DNA of 64,000 nt from an uncultured Desulfobacter sp. GTDB lineage: Bacteria > Desulfobacterota > Desulfobacteria > Desulfobacterales > Desulfobacteraceae. Position 1 is the stretch's first letter, and each line of letters starts with the position of its first letter. The stretch covers positions 6,272,001 through 6,336,000 of the forward strand of contig OY762069.1 of the NCBI GenBank assembly GCA_963665095.1, in the 5' to 3' direction. The notes under the pieces are model-generated. The model saw nothing but the letters and a program-made list of their open reading frames with translations, was not told the origin of the DNA and did not search any database. Both the position numbers and the translations under genes were made by a program. Below are positions 40,724 to 50,341 of the stretch, one piece after another.

Positions 40724-41667
40724 GCCCTGCGTCCCCCCAGTTCCGCCCGGATTCGGGGATCAAGAAGTCCTGTGAGAATATCGCCGGCCGTGGTGCTCAA
40801 CACCGTGAAAATGGAGATGAAGAGCACAATGCCCTGGACCACGGGGAAATCCTGGGCGGAAATGGCTTTCCACAAAAGTCTTCCCATGCCGGGCCAGGCA
40901 AAGATGGTCTCGGTGATCACGGACCCGCCAATGAGCCAGGGCACATACAGAAAGAACATGACCGTGACCGGTACCAGTGCGTTTCTCAGTACATGGCCCA
41001 GGATCACGGCTTTCTGGGTCAGTCCCTTGGCAATGGCCGTGGTGACATGCTTTTCCCGCAACACCTCCAGCACCTCGGACCGGGTCAGGCGCAGGGTGTC
41101 TGCCAGCATGGGCAGGGTAACGGTCATCACCGGCATGATCAGCGAGATGGGCCCCCGGTAGCCTGACACCGGCAGCCATTTCAGGCGGATGCTGAAGATC
41201 AGGATTAAGAGGATGCCCAGCCAGAAATAGGGAATGGCCCGCAGAATGGAAGTGATAAATACCGCACCTCTGTCAAAAAGCGACCCCTGCCGGATGCCGG
41301 CAATCAGCCCTAAGGGCACGGCAATAACGTACTGGATCAACAGTCCTGTCAGGGTGATCTGCAGGGTAAAGGGCAGGCGGGCCATGAGCAGGACGGAAAC
41401 GGACTGGCCGTTGGTGATGGATTTGCCCATGTCCCCGGTAAGCACATTTTTCAGCCAGAACAGGTATTGAACCACTGCCGGTTTGTCCAACCCCCATTTC
41501 TGTCTCAGCTGGGCTATCTTTTCAGCCCCCATGCGGGGATCACCGATGAGCTGGATGGGGTCCCCCGGCATCATGTGCATGATGGTAAACAGAATCATGG
41601 TGACGGCCAGCACGATAAATATGCCCTGGAACAGGCGCCGGATCGTGTATACGGCAAGGTCGTTCAT
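40720..41667 (-). CDS. Oligopeptide ABC permease (OppB/DppB type)
   Basis: MPGDP, GLDKP, TAIAKGL..HVLRNA and ETIFAWPGMG. Confidence 0.92.
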   Translation of the reverse strand: MNDLAVYTIRRLFQGIFIVLAVTMILFTIMHMMPGDPIQLIGDPRMGAEKIAQLRQKWGLDKPAVVQYLFWLKNVLTGDMGKSITNGQSVSVLLMARLPFTLQITLTGLLIQYVIAVPLGLIAGIRQGSLFDRGAVFITSILRAIPYFWLGILLILIFSIRLKWLPVSGYRGPISLIMPVMTVTLPMLADTLRLTRSEVLEVLREKHVTTAIAKGLTQKAVILGHVLRNALVPVTVMFFLYVPWLIGGSVITETIFAWPGMGRLLWKAISAQDFPVVQGIVLFISIFTVLSTTAGDILTGLLDPRIRAELGGRRA

Positions 41668-41683
41668 TTAAACAAAATCTCCT

Positions 41684-43042
41684 TTATCGTCCCTGTTCCC
41701 GTTCAAAGGCCAGGGTGCTGCCGTGGAAATGCAGAAGCAGCATAGGGTCTGCTGCTTTCCCGGTCTCCATCTCCAGAAAATAGTGTGCCCCGGAGTCAAT
41801 CCAGCAGGCATGGTCTGACCTGGGCAATAGAGGCCAGCTGCCACTGGCGCCTTTAAGCTCTCCTTCCAGTGTCAGCCGGCCGTCATTTAATTGTACGATA
41901 GTAAATGTTGTCTGTTCTCCGGCGTCGCCTCCCGGCCCGTTGACCCAGGTCCCGGTCCAAAGATCGGCAAGGGGGGCGGGCATGGCATGCCATCCCGGCA
42001 TGGGTGTCATCTCCCGGCCCAGAACATGGCTGATCAGGTGTCCAAGGGGAATGTTGATATCCCGGGCACTGTCAGCATCACTGTTGCACAGCCAGATTAC
42101 AGCGGTCTCCTCCCTGTCAAACCATGAGACCCGGCAGTGGTAGCCGATGGTGGATCCGGTGTGCCACCGCTCCTTTAACCCCAGGCGATCACTGAAAAAC
42201 CAGCCCAGTCCGTAGTGGCTGGTATCTCCATTGTTAAGGGGGGATGGCGTCAGGATCTGCTGCCATGATGCGGGGGATAAAATGCCTTTATGGTGAATGG
42301 TGTCAAGCCAGGTGAAAAGATCCGGACCATTGGAAATCACACTGCCGTCGGCCCATCCCACCACGGCCCGGTTGTAAGGGCTGGGCACCAGCTGACCGGC
42401 CCTGTTTCGGTGGTAGCCTTTGGCCATGCCGGCCGGCCTGACGTCGGAATTGCCCACCCGGGTATGGGTCATGCCCAGGGGCGAAAAAAAATGATCGTGC
42501 AGATACGCGGCATATGGCATGTCTGCAGCCCGCCGCACGATCTCTTCCAGAATGACATAGCCGGTGTTGCAGTAGCTCCAGCTGCTGCCGGGCACTGATT
42601 CCAGACTCTGGTATCTGTCTGCGATCAGTTTCAGCAGGCCGGCCAGATCCAAATCCGGGCTCTCGTTTTTGCAATAGGCCCTGCGAAATTCCGGGGTAAA
42701 GTACTCCGGGATACCTGACGTATGGGTCATCAAATGGCGTATGGTAACCTTATCCCCAAATGCCGGGAAAAGGGGCAGATACCGGGCAATGGGATCATCA
42801 AGGGCCAGTTTGCCTGCTTCTGCCAGGTGCATGGCGGCCGCACAGGCAAACTGTTTGGATACCGAGGCGATCAGGTAGGTGGTGTCGGCTGCTGCTGGCG
42901 TTTCCGCCTCAATATCCGCCACGCCATAGCCCCGGCTGAAAAGAATCTTGCCCTTTTGAGCGATGAGGATGGAAGATCCGGGTCGGGTGAACGGGCTGAA
43001 CCGCCGGATCAGCCCGTCAATCTCCTTAAGTGATACATGCAT
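41684..43042 (-). CDS. Serine hydrolase, beta-lactamase/D-aminopeptidase family
   Basis: SxxK (SVSK), LMTHTSG, YCN and HTG. Confidence 0.88.
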   Translation of the reverse strand: MHVSLKEIDGLIRRFSPFTRPGSSILIAQKGKILFSRGYGVADIEAETPAAADTTYLIASVSKQFACAAAMHLAEAGKLALDDPIARYLPLFPAFGDKVTIRHLMTHTSGIPEYFTPEFRRAYCKNESPDLDLAGLLKLIADRYQSLESVPGSSWSYCNTGYVILEEIVRRAADMPYAAYLHDHFFSPLGMTHTRVGNSDVRPAGMAKGYHRNRAGQLVPSPYNRAVVGWADGSVISNGPDLFTWLDTIHHKGILSPASWQQILTPSPLNNGDTSHYGLGWFFSDRLGLKERWHTGSTIGYHCRVSWFDREETAVIWLCNSDADSARDINIPLGHLISHVLGREMTPMPGWHAMPAPLADLWTGTWVNGPGGDAGEQTTFTIVQLNDGRLTLEGELKGASGSWPLLPRSDHACWIDSGAHYFLEMETGKAADPMLLLHFHGSTLAFEREQGR

Positions 43043-43059
43043 GGGTAAAGGGGCTTTCC

Positions 43060-44601
43060 CTACTCTTTGACCACATCGTTCATGATGGGTGTACCTTCCA
43101 CAGCCAGCACAAAGCTTTTAATGTTCTTGCGAACCGCCACATAGTTGACCGAAGAGACCAGGGGAATGGCAAGGCCTTTGTCCAGGACCAGATCCTGGGC
43201 CTGTCCGTAAATTTCAGCGCGTTTTTTAGGATCGGTTTCCGCGCGGCCCTTTTCAATGATGGCGTCGATGTCGGGATAGGAGTAGTTTTCACTTTCCGTA
43301 TGGAACAGGTAGGTGAGCATATCGCCATCCGCCCATACATAGCGCCGGGCACCCAGGTCATATTTTTTATCGCGGACCGCCTGCTTGATGTATTTGCCTT
43401 CGTATTCGCGCAGGTTCACCTTGACTCCCAGTTTTTTATACAGGGCCTGAACCACAGGGGCGGTCTTTTTGGAGATGGGGTAATCAATACCGATCATGGC
43501 GGTCAGCTCAAGGGTTTTGCCGTCCTTATCCCGGTATCCGTCCTTGTTGGTGTCTTTCCAGCCGGCCTGGTCCAGAAGATCGCAGGCTGCCTTGAAATCA
43601 TATCCGTATTTTTTTGCCAGCATATCCTCTGCAGCTTTGCTGTACCCCAGCATGGAGCGGGAGAAGATGGCATCTCTGACCTGGGCGTTGCCGTTGAGCA
43701 CCGTGATCAGTATGCTTTTGTCAATGCCGCGCTGCAGGGCACGCCGCACCCGGATGTCCTGGAGCATGGGGGCTTCAGGGTTCATATAAAACATGGTGCA
43801 GCCGGGCTGCAGATATGAGAAAAGCTGGATGTTGTCGTCGGCTTTCAGCTCATCAATATTTTCCAGGGGCACATTGAAAACAATGTCCACGGAACCGGCC
43901 TGGATTTCGGAGACCCGGGTAAAATCATCGGCAATAAACCGCACGGTCACCTTGTCCACTTTCATGGGACCTTTGTTTTGTACGCCCGGGTCAAAGGTTT
44001 TGAAGTTGGGGTTGGGAACCAGGGTGATGTGGGAGCCCTGCACCCATTCGTCCACCATCATGGGACCGTAGGTAACGGCCTTGCGGTTAAATGCTTCGGC
44101 AGAGACCTTGGCGGCTGCTGCGGCATTGGTGAGTCCGCCGTATGCGGTTTCAAGGGAGAGCAGAGCCGGGATGGGAGAGGCTTTCCAGTGCATGGTCACG
44201 GTGTCGCCTTCCACAGTAAGGTTTTCCAGGGCAGAGAGATCTGCGGCATAGGGGCTGATTTTCAGGTACCGGTCAAAGGAGGCCTTGACTGCATCGGCTG
44301 TGACCGGATCGCCGTTGGAAAACTTCATGCCCTTGCCAATGGTAAAGGACAGAAGCGAGGAATCGTCTGACAGGGACCAGGAAGAGGCGTATCCGGGTAC
44401 GGTGGCACTCATGTCCGCATTATAGCGTATGGGGGATTCCACCAGCAGGCGGTGGACCACGTTTTCCCACTCGATCTGCTGGATGTCGGTGCCTTCAATC
44501 TCTTCGGCCGTTGCGATGACGATCTCTTTGGCAAAGATCCACGAGGCCGACAGGCAGACCAGGCAGACAGCAGCGATTAAACTTCTCATACATTTTTTCA
44601 T
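43060..44601 (-). CDS. Peptide ABC substrate-binding protein (family 5)
   Basis: Signal peptide, KFSNGDPVTADAV, DIRVRRAL and LLDQAGW. Confidence 0.92.
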   Translation of the reverse strand: MKKCMRSLIAAVCLVCLSASWIFAKEIVIATAEEIEGTDIQQIEWENVVHRLLVESPIRYNADMSATVPGYASSWSLSDDSSLLSFTIGKGMKFSNGDPVTADAVKASFDRYLKISPYAADLSALENLTVEGDTVTMHWKASPIPALLSLETAYGGLTNAAAAAKVSAEAFNRKAVTYGPMMVDEWVQGSHITLVPNPNFKTFDPGVQNKGPMKVDKVTVRFIADDFTRVSEIQAGSVDIVFNVPLENIDELKADDNIQLFSYLQPGCTMFYMNPEAPMLQDIRVRRALQRGIDKSILITVLNGNAQVRDAIFSRSMLGYSKAAEDMLAKKYGYDFKAACDLLDQAGWKDTNKDGYRDKDGKTLELTAMIGIDYPISKKTAPVVQALYKKLGVKVNLREYEGKYIKQAVRDKKYDLGARRYVWADGDMLTYLFHTESENYSYPDIDAIIEKGRAETDPKKRAEIYGQAQDLVLDKGLAIPLVSSVNYVAVRKNIKSFVLAVEGTPIMNDVVKE

Positions 44602-44604
44602 CTT

Positions 44605-45732
44605 TTAACTCTCCTCATGTGTTGGTGTATTGTGGTTGCCGATGAACGATCTGACGGCCTGCACAAGGTCTGACAGGTCGTCATGCAAGGGGTCGAGCAC
44701 CGGCAGTTTTGTGGTGTTGCTCAGTTGTTCGGCATACCGGACAAGATCTTCCCGGAAACCGCCTTCCCCATTCAATGTCACGGCAATGACCTTGGCACCG
44801 TACATCTCTACCAGGCGGATTTCATCTTCAACGGCAGGCAGGCGGCAGCCGAATTCTTCCACCGTGTCAAAATAGGGTCTGAACGGGGCATGCTGCAGGA
44901 CCACGCCTTTGGCATTGGCAGAAACAAGGAATTCCGACCCGCAGGGGCCCAGAGGATTTCGCAGGGAGGACTGGCCCTCCAGAAGGATCAGATCCGGGTT
45001 GACCTCCCTGGAGCAGGCCACCACGGCTGCTTCCAGTTCCCCGCTGACAAAGTCATTGGGTGTGGCATCCAGGATAAAGCCGTAAGGATATCCCTGCAGC
45101 CATCCGGTCTGGCCGGTGTAGATCATCTCTGCTGAAATCCGGTTCTCCCGGCACAGCTCCATGACTATCCGGCAGGTGGTGCGTTTGCCCAGGGCGCAGT
45201 CCGTTCCGAGAACCGCCAGGGTAGGGGTGGTGATCCCAAAGATATCGCCGCACCAGTGTGCCAGCTGGTCAAAGGGTTTGCTGCGCCGGAAATCAATGAG
45301 CTTTACCTGGTGTTTTTCCGCAGCGGCCACAAAGGCGGGAATGTCCGATAGAAACATGTGCATGCCATTGACAATGGAGATCCCTTCTGCGATCACGTCC
45401 AGAATCAGGGTTTGCCACGCCTCGTTGAGCCGCCCGCCGCTGATGGCCACGCCAATGACGGCAAAATCGGGCGTCACCCCCGTGTCCTTTTTGAGTGCCC
45501 GGACACTTTCGTATACGGGAATGCCTCTGTGGATGCCGTCCAGTACCTCACCGGCATCCCGCCCTGCAAATTTCTCATCAATGACGGCAATGACGTCAAA
45601 CCGGTCTGTTCCCCGGATCAGGCCGTGGCCGGTTTTCGCGTCGTTTCTGTCCAGCAGGCCCCTGGTCAGGATCACAGCGGTGCCCATTTTCAGCGATGCG
45701 TCATTTTTTGAGGTGGTATCTGTCTCTTTCAT
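44605..45732 (-). CDS. DUF1611-family protein (DgcN-like N-acetyltransferase)
   Basis: AKT.HGL, NGMH, GTDCALGKRTT, TGQTG, DFVSG and EGQSS; adjacent to a dipeptide epimerase. Confidence 0.85.
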   Translation of the reverse strand: MKETDTTSKNDASLKMGTAVILTRGLLDRNDAKTGHGLIRGTDRFDVIAVIDEKFAGRDAGEVLDGIHRGIPVYESVRALKKDTGVTPDFAVIGVAISGGRLNEAWQTLILDVIAEGISIVNGMHMFLSDIPAFVAAAEKHQVKLIDFRRSKPFDQLAHWCGDIFGITTPTLAVLGTDCALGKRTTCRIVMELCRENRISAEMIYTGQTGWLQGYPYGFILDATPNDFVSGELEAAVVACSREVNPDLILLEGQSSLRNPLGPCGSEFLVSANAKGVVLQHAPFRPYFDTVEEFGCRLPAVEDEIRLVEMYGAKVIAVTLNGEGGFREDLVRYAEQLSNTTKLPVLDPLHDDLSDLVQAVRSFIGNHNTPTHEES

Positions 45733-45805
45733 TATTATTTACTTTATATAAAAGGTTAATGTAAGCCCCTTTTTATGGGGCATGGTCTTAAGTTGATGTC
45801 GGACA

Positions 45806-46873
45806 CTAAATCATACTGACGCCAAGACCTGGTTGGTCTGTAAGGCGGAGGACACCGTTTTCAAGGATAAATCCGCCTTTTACCATATCCTTGGCAAGGT
45901 CCAGGCTGCCGTCCAGGTCCAGGTATTGGGTGGCCGGGCTGGCAAATGCCGCATGCAGGGCCGCCGTGATACTCACAATACTTTCATCCATGCATCCCCA
46001 CATAAGCCCGATGCCGGCATGCTGGGCCATGCGTGCGATCTCGAGTCCCGGGGCAATGCCGCCGCACTTCATCAGCTTGATGTTGAAAAGCCCGAACGGC
46101 CTGGGCGCCGGGAGCAGGGCAATGGCATCCGCGGGCACCTGGAGGCATTCATCTGCCATGGCGCTTTCACGGATCTCTTCCGGCAGGGGGAGCATGTCAC
46201 AGGTCCGGTCTTTTGCCAGGGGTTGTTCCACCAGTTCCAGGCCCTGGTTGTGTGTGCCTTTCCAGAATTTGAGATACTGGTCCGGCGTATACCCCTGGTT
46301 GGCATCCACCCGGATAAAAACATCACTGCCTGCATGTTCCCGAAGTTTGCAAACAAGTTCAATATCTGCATCCACATCAATGCCTGTCTTTACTTTGAGC
46401 CGGGTAAAGCCCCGGCCAATGTATTCATCCGCCTCCTCCAGTGCCTCCTTAAGCGGTTTGATGCCCATGGTAATGGAGGTGGGCATGGCTGTGTGGACCT
46501 GTCCCAGGATTGTTGCCAGAGGTTTTCCGGCAAGCTTGCCCACAAGGTCGTGCAGGGCGATGTCCAGGGCGGCCAGGGCCGCAGGGAAGCCTGTCAGCCG
46601 GGCTTCAAGCTCCCGGAGCAGGGCAGGGGCCAGGACCACTTCTCTGCCCTCAAGGACGGCCCGGGCAGTTTCGTTCAGGGCCTTTTCACTCGCCTCAATA
46701 CTTTCGCCTGTCACATCTTCTGCCGGGGAGCCCGCACCAATGCCGGTGACCCCGGTCTCTGTCTCCAGTACCACAAACAGGTTTTCCACATGGGAAAAGG
46801 TTTCATAGGCGATGGTGTAGGGCCGGGTCAGTTCCAGGTCCTCTTTCCAGATTTTTATATGCTTGATTTTCAT
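45806..46873 (-). CDS. L-Ala-D/L-Glu epimerase family, enolase superfamily (DgcA-like)
   Basis: KVK, VDANQGY, EQP, ADE, NIKLMKCGG, GCMDES and DLDG. Confidence 0.9.
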   Translation of the reverse strand: MKIKHIKIWKEDLELTRPYTIAYETFSHVENLFVVLETETGVTGIGAGSPAEDVTGESIEASEKALNETARAVLEGREVVLAPALLRELEARLTGFPAALAALDIALHDLVGKLAGKPLATILGQVHTAMPTSITMGIKPLKEALEEADEYIGRGFTRLKVKTGIDVDADIELVCKLREHAGSDVFIRVDANQGYTPDQYLKFWKGTHNQGLELVEQPLAKDRTCDMLPLPEEIRESAMADECLQVPADAIALLPAPRPFGLFNIKLMKCGGIAPGLEIARMAQHAGIGLMWGCMDESIVSITAALHAAFASPATQYLDLDGSLDLAKDMVKGGFILENGVLRLTDQPGLGVSMI

Positions 46874-46951
46874 GGTTTCTTCTCTTTTATAGGGTTGGCG
46901 TATTGCATGCAGGGATGGTTAAGACGCCCTGTCCGGGGAGCCGGATTTTGT

Positions 46952-47446
46952 TCATGAAAGGTCCTCCCACCCTTCAATTTCAGGGGGAAGCAGGGTCCAT
47001 TTACCCCGGGTCTGGGTCACCATAAATGACTCGGAGTGACTCACACCGTCCAGTTTGCTCATTTCATCGGCATAGAATTTAAACATCCATTCAATGCCCT
47101 CGGTGACTATCACCTCAGCCAGGATGTCATAGCGCCCTGTCACGGCAATGGCCCAGCTGACCTGCCTGAATTCCATGAGCTGGTCAATGATTTTGGGCAT
47201 CTTGATGACATCATCCACCCGTATGGCAATGATGGCAACCAGCATATCCTTGACCTTAATGGTATCCACAAGGCCTGCTACCTTTAAAATTCCCTTTTCT
47301 TTCAGGCTTTTAAGCCGTGACTGGATGGTGGGCGCAGAGACATTGAGCTTTTCGGCAAGTTCTTTGGCAGGCATGCGCCCGTCTTCCGAAAGCAGTTTGA
47401 TCAATTGTCTGTCCAGAGCGTCTGTCTCAGTGCGTTTGTCAGCCAT
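46952..47446 (-). CDS. Lrp/AsnC-family transcriptional regulator
   Basis: DALDRQLIKLL.EDGR...ELA..L.VS and VTGRYD. Confidence 0.9.
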   Translation of the reverse strand: MADKRTETDALDRQLIKLLSEDGRMPAKELAEKLNVSAPTIQSRLKSLKEKGILKVAGLVDTIKVKDMLVAIIAIRVDDVIKMPKIIDQLMEFRQVSWAIAVTGRYDILAEVIVTEGIEWMFKFYADEMSKLDGVSHSESFMVTQTRGKWTLLPPEIEGWEDLS

Positions 47447-47459
47447 GTCAGAGCCGCCT

Positions 47460-47495
47460 TTGGTTGGTTAAAATAAATTGGTTGGTTAAAATAAA
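47460..47495. repeat. 18-bp tandem duplication upstream of the Lrp gene
   Basis: TTGGTTGGTTAAAATAAA twice. Confidence 0.85.
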
Positions 47496-47789
47496 TATGT
47501 CAATTTTTGTAATTAATAAAACAACAATTTGGTTGTAATATTTTTTACATTATTAAAATCTTGTCAAGTAATATTTTATAAAAATAAAATTTATAAGCAA
47601 AGAACAATAAAAGAGCAAGAAACAAGAGCGGCCGAAAGCAAAGGCGTTATTATTTCCCTTTGTCTGCTTCCGGTTCTGTTCTTCGAACATGATAAAATCA
47701 AGAGCATCATTTCCTGTTGCCGGAACAAGCGGCCCGGGATATTTGCGAAAATGCTGAAACCGTTATCCGGGATCACTGGGATGATGTAT

Positions 47790-48150
47790 GTGAAAAAGTG
47801 AAGGCTTTTCAGTTTTCCTTTTGGGCCGCTTTTCACCTCTATTGGGAGTATATTTCCGTCAAATACATACAGGTAATCAATCTTTGCTGAACTGTTCTTT
47901 TTGTCCCTGGCCCAGTGATACATCCTGCCTGCTTCAGAAACTCCGGCTGCAACGATTTCCCGGCCGACAAACTGTTCCGCCAGTGCCCCTTTGTAAATAT
48001 TAGATAAATCCCTGGCTCCGAGAATATCATTGTCCGATACCCCGCTGTTATATTGTACCAGGCCGATATCTAAAAAAAGAGGCTTCATTTTTTTGGTTGA
48101 TATGTCTGCGCCTAAAGGAAGATGATTGGTGGTGTTAAAACTTAAACCCA
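47790..48150 (-). pseudogene. C-terminal fragment of an AAA ATPase/DUF4143 protein
   Basis: K.LFLDIGL..GALAEQFV..YHW.R..IDY..PIEVKSG; the N-terminal ATPase part is missing. Confidence 0.7.
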
Positions 48151-48338
48151 GGATCATTGGTGTTGTCAAAAGCGTTCAGTCTGGAGGGTCAAGAAGGGTA
48201 CGCATAATGCAGAAGAATTTTTCCGGGTTGACTCACTGAAGGTCGAAGACTATGCCGGTAAACAGGCCATTGACTCTGGCGTCTATATCAGTCTGTAGAT
48301 ACACCCTGGATCGGGTCTTTACCTGAAAAGCCCGGGCA

Positions 48339-49988
48339 TTATTTAATCTGGTACTGAAATGAGCGGGCCTTGCCCTGGCGTTTGATCTGGAGATCAATGG
48401 CACTGTCCAGGTTACCCTGGGTGAACTGATTGTATAACTCGGCAGCACTATCTAAAGAATTAAGCGGTTGTCCGTTCAGACCTGTAATCAGATCCCCCTG
48501 CCTGAGGCCCAGTTTTTTGTAGAGTATGGAATTTTTTTCAAGGCCGCTGATCCAGAACCCGTCTGTCTGGCCTCCCTGCGAATGGGGTTTGATCTGGATC
48601 TGCCGGCTTAAAGTGTCCAGGTTGTTTATCAGGTCGTTGATATCTTTTTTTGCCAGTGTCACGGGTTTTGACATATTGCGGCGCGGGGTGCCCGGGGGGG
48701 CATGCGTACTGGACACCAGGGATTGATTCTGAGCAGGGATCGGTTCCTTCATTGATAACAGTTCTATTTTTCCGTCAACCTGTAAAAGAACCTGCATCCT
48801 CATGATATCCAGAATTATGGCCCTGTCCACTGTGTCCCCCATGGTATAGAGGCGTTCTGATCCTTTGGCTGTCTTAATGATGGCCGTGGGCTCAACTCCG
48901 GTGACAGTGCCAAGCAGTTCAAGGTCAAGGCGGGTGTTGCTTATTGTCCCGATGTCATCCTTTTGCTGTGTCAGGGCCGTATTTTTTTTATTGTTTGGAG
49001 AGGGTCTCTTTTTTATCGGAAGAGAATTGTGCGCGATGCCGTCTAAATCTGACGGTTTCTCCTGCTTGGCAGTATTTGATGCAGGGGGGGCTTCCCGGGG
49101 TAATAAATCCGGTAAAGGCGCAAGAGTGATGGCCGGGTCTTCAAAAGAGCCTGCCATTGTAAAGCTAATCGGACGTATGTCAGGTAATGCATTGGGGCCT
49201 GGAGATGTTTCCGGCTTTTTATCTTTTGGCAGGTGAGCAAGAATTTGAACAGAAATATTAAGCCGGGATTTAACAAAAGAAGGGGCCGGCGTGATCTCTC
49301 CTGACAGCTGAATATCTGCCTGTTTCCCAATGAAGCGGCAGTGCTTGATTCTGATCGGGCCCTGGCCGGTTCTCTCAAAAGCGATTACGGACTTTGGGAA
49401 AACTGTTTCTTTAAATCCAGGTATCTTCCTGGCCAATGCAAGGTCCAGGCGTTCTGCGGTTATTTCTCCCAGACATTTTTCCACACAGCCATCAACGATA
49501 ACCGTATGGATTGTGCTGTTTACCGCCCCCTGGCATGAAACGCCGGGAATATCCAGATCTGACAAAAATTTTTCTGGATGTATTCCTGTGAACTGGGAGA
49601 CAATTTCCACCCTGTTAAAGCCTATGTCTCTGGTGGTTGCTATGCCGGTAACCTCTCCTTTCAACATGCTGGCTGAGTAGGCGATTTGTAGGGACCGGCT
49701 GAAAAGTTGTTTTATATTCAGGGCGCTTCTAAACCGGTCCAATTTCACTTGAATCAGGTTTAAAGGCTGTTGATTTTTCAAGGAAACCAGCATTGTACCG
49801 GCATTGAAGCCTAATGGGAAAGATAAAGCGGGATCAGATATGTCAAGGGCGAGGTCCGGTTCAATTGAAGTGCTGGCCTGCTCAAGATAATCTGCCACAA
49901 CCTGACCCGGGTGCATGCGGTAAAGGAAAAACAGGATGCAGACAGTGGAAAAGATCGTGAAGAAAAAAAATTTATATCTGGAGGTCAT
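48339..49988 (-). CDS. GspN-like/GspC-like (HR + PDZ) fusion protein
   Basis: N-terminal transmembrane segment with a beta-rich GspN-like region, Pro-rich linker, LELLGTV..AII..Y..GD (GspC HR) and LGLRQGDLI..LNG (PDZ). Start uncertain. Confidence 0.65.
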   Translation of the reverse strand: MTSRYKFFFFTIFSTVCILFFLYRMHPGQVVADYLEQASTSIEPDLALDISDPALSFPLGFNAGTMLVSLKNQQPLNLIQVKLDRFRSALNIKQLFSRSLQIAYSASMLKGEVTGIATTRDIGFNRVEIVSQFTGIHPEKFLSDLDIPGVSCQGAVNSTIHTVIVDGCVEKCLGEITAERLDLALARKIPGFKETVFPKSVIAFERTGQGPIRIKHCRFIGKQADIQLSGEITPAPSFVKSRLNISVQILAHLPKDKKPETSPGPNALPDIRPISFTMAGSFEDPAITLAPLPDLLPREAPPASNTAKQEKPSDLDGIAHNSLPIKKRPSPNNKKNTALTQQKDDIGTISNTRLDLELLGTVTGVEPTAIIKTAKGSERLYTMGDTVDRAIILDIMRMQVLLQVDGKIELLSMKEPIPAQNQSLVSSTHAPPGTPRRNMSKPVTLAKKDINDLINNLDTLSRQIQIKPHSQGGQTDGFWISGLEKNSILYKKLGLRQGDLITGLNGQPLNSLDSAAELYNQFTQGNLDSAIDLQIKRQGKARSFQYQIK

Positions 49989-50341
49989 TATCTGTTGGGC
50001 CGGCCCGTGAAAGTTCCCGGGCCATCCGCCTTTTTTCGAGTTGTCACACAATCGGTTTCAGGCCATTAATCTGCTGCCAGATATAGAAATATTATTATTT
50101 AAAGTAAATATTTTTTTTGAAATGAAAAATCTCATGCTGCTGTGACGGTGAAGTTATTTGGTCCGGATTCTTTTTCCACATTGATAAGGTTAGGAAAAAT
50201 ATTTTATATCTTCCGGGGTATTTCAAAATTTGAAATATCCCGGATGGGGAGGTTCCCATGGTGGATAGATGTTATGCGGAAAAGATTCAAATTTCCTTTG
50301 AGTTATGGCAGAAAAAGAAAAGACATTTTAAGGAGAGAATT

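Noticed and set aside
45833..46957. Long plus-strand ORFs of 374 and 305 aa, and similar antisense ORFs across the window
   Set aside because: They are shadows of well-supported genes on the opposite strand in GC-rich coding DNA.
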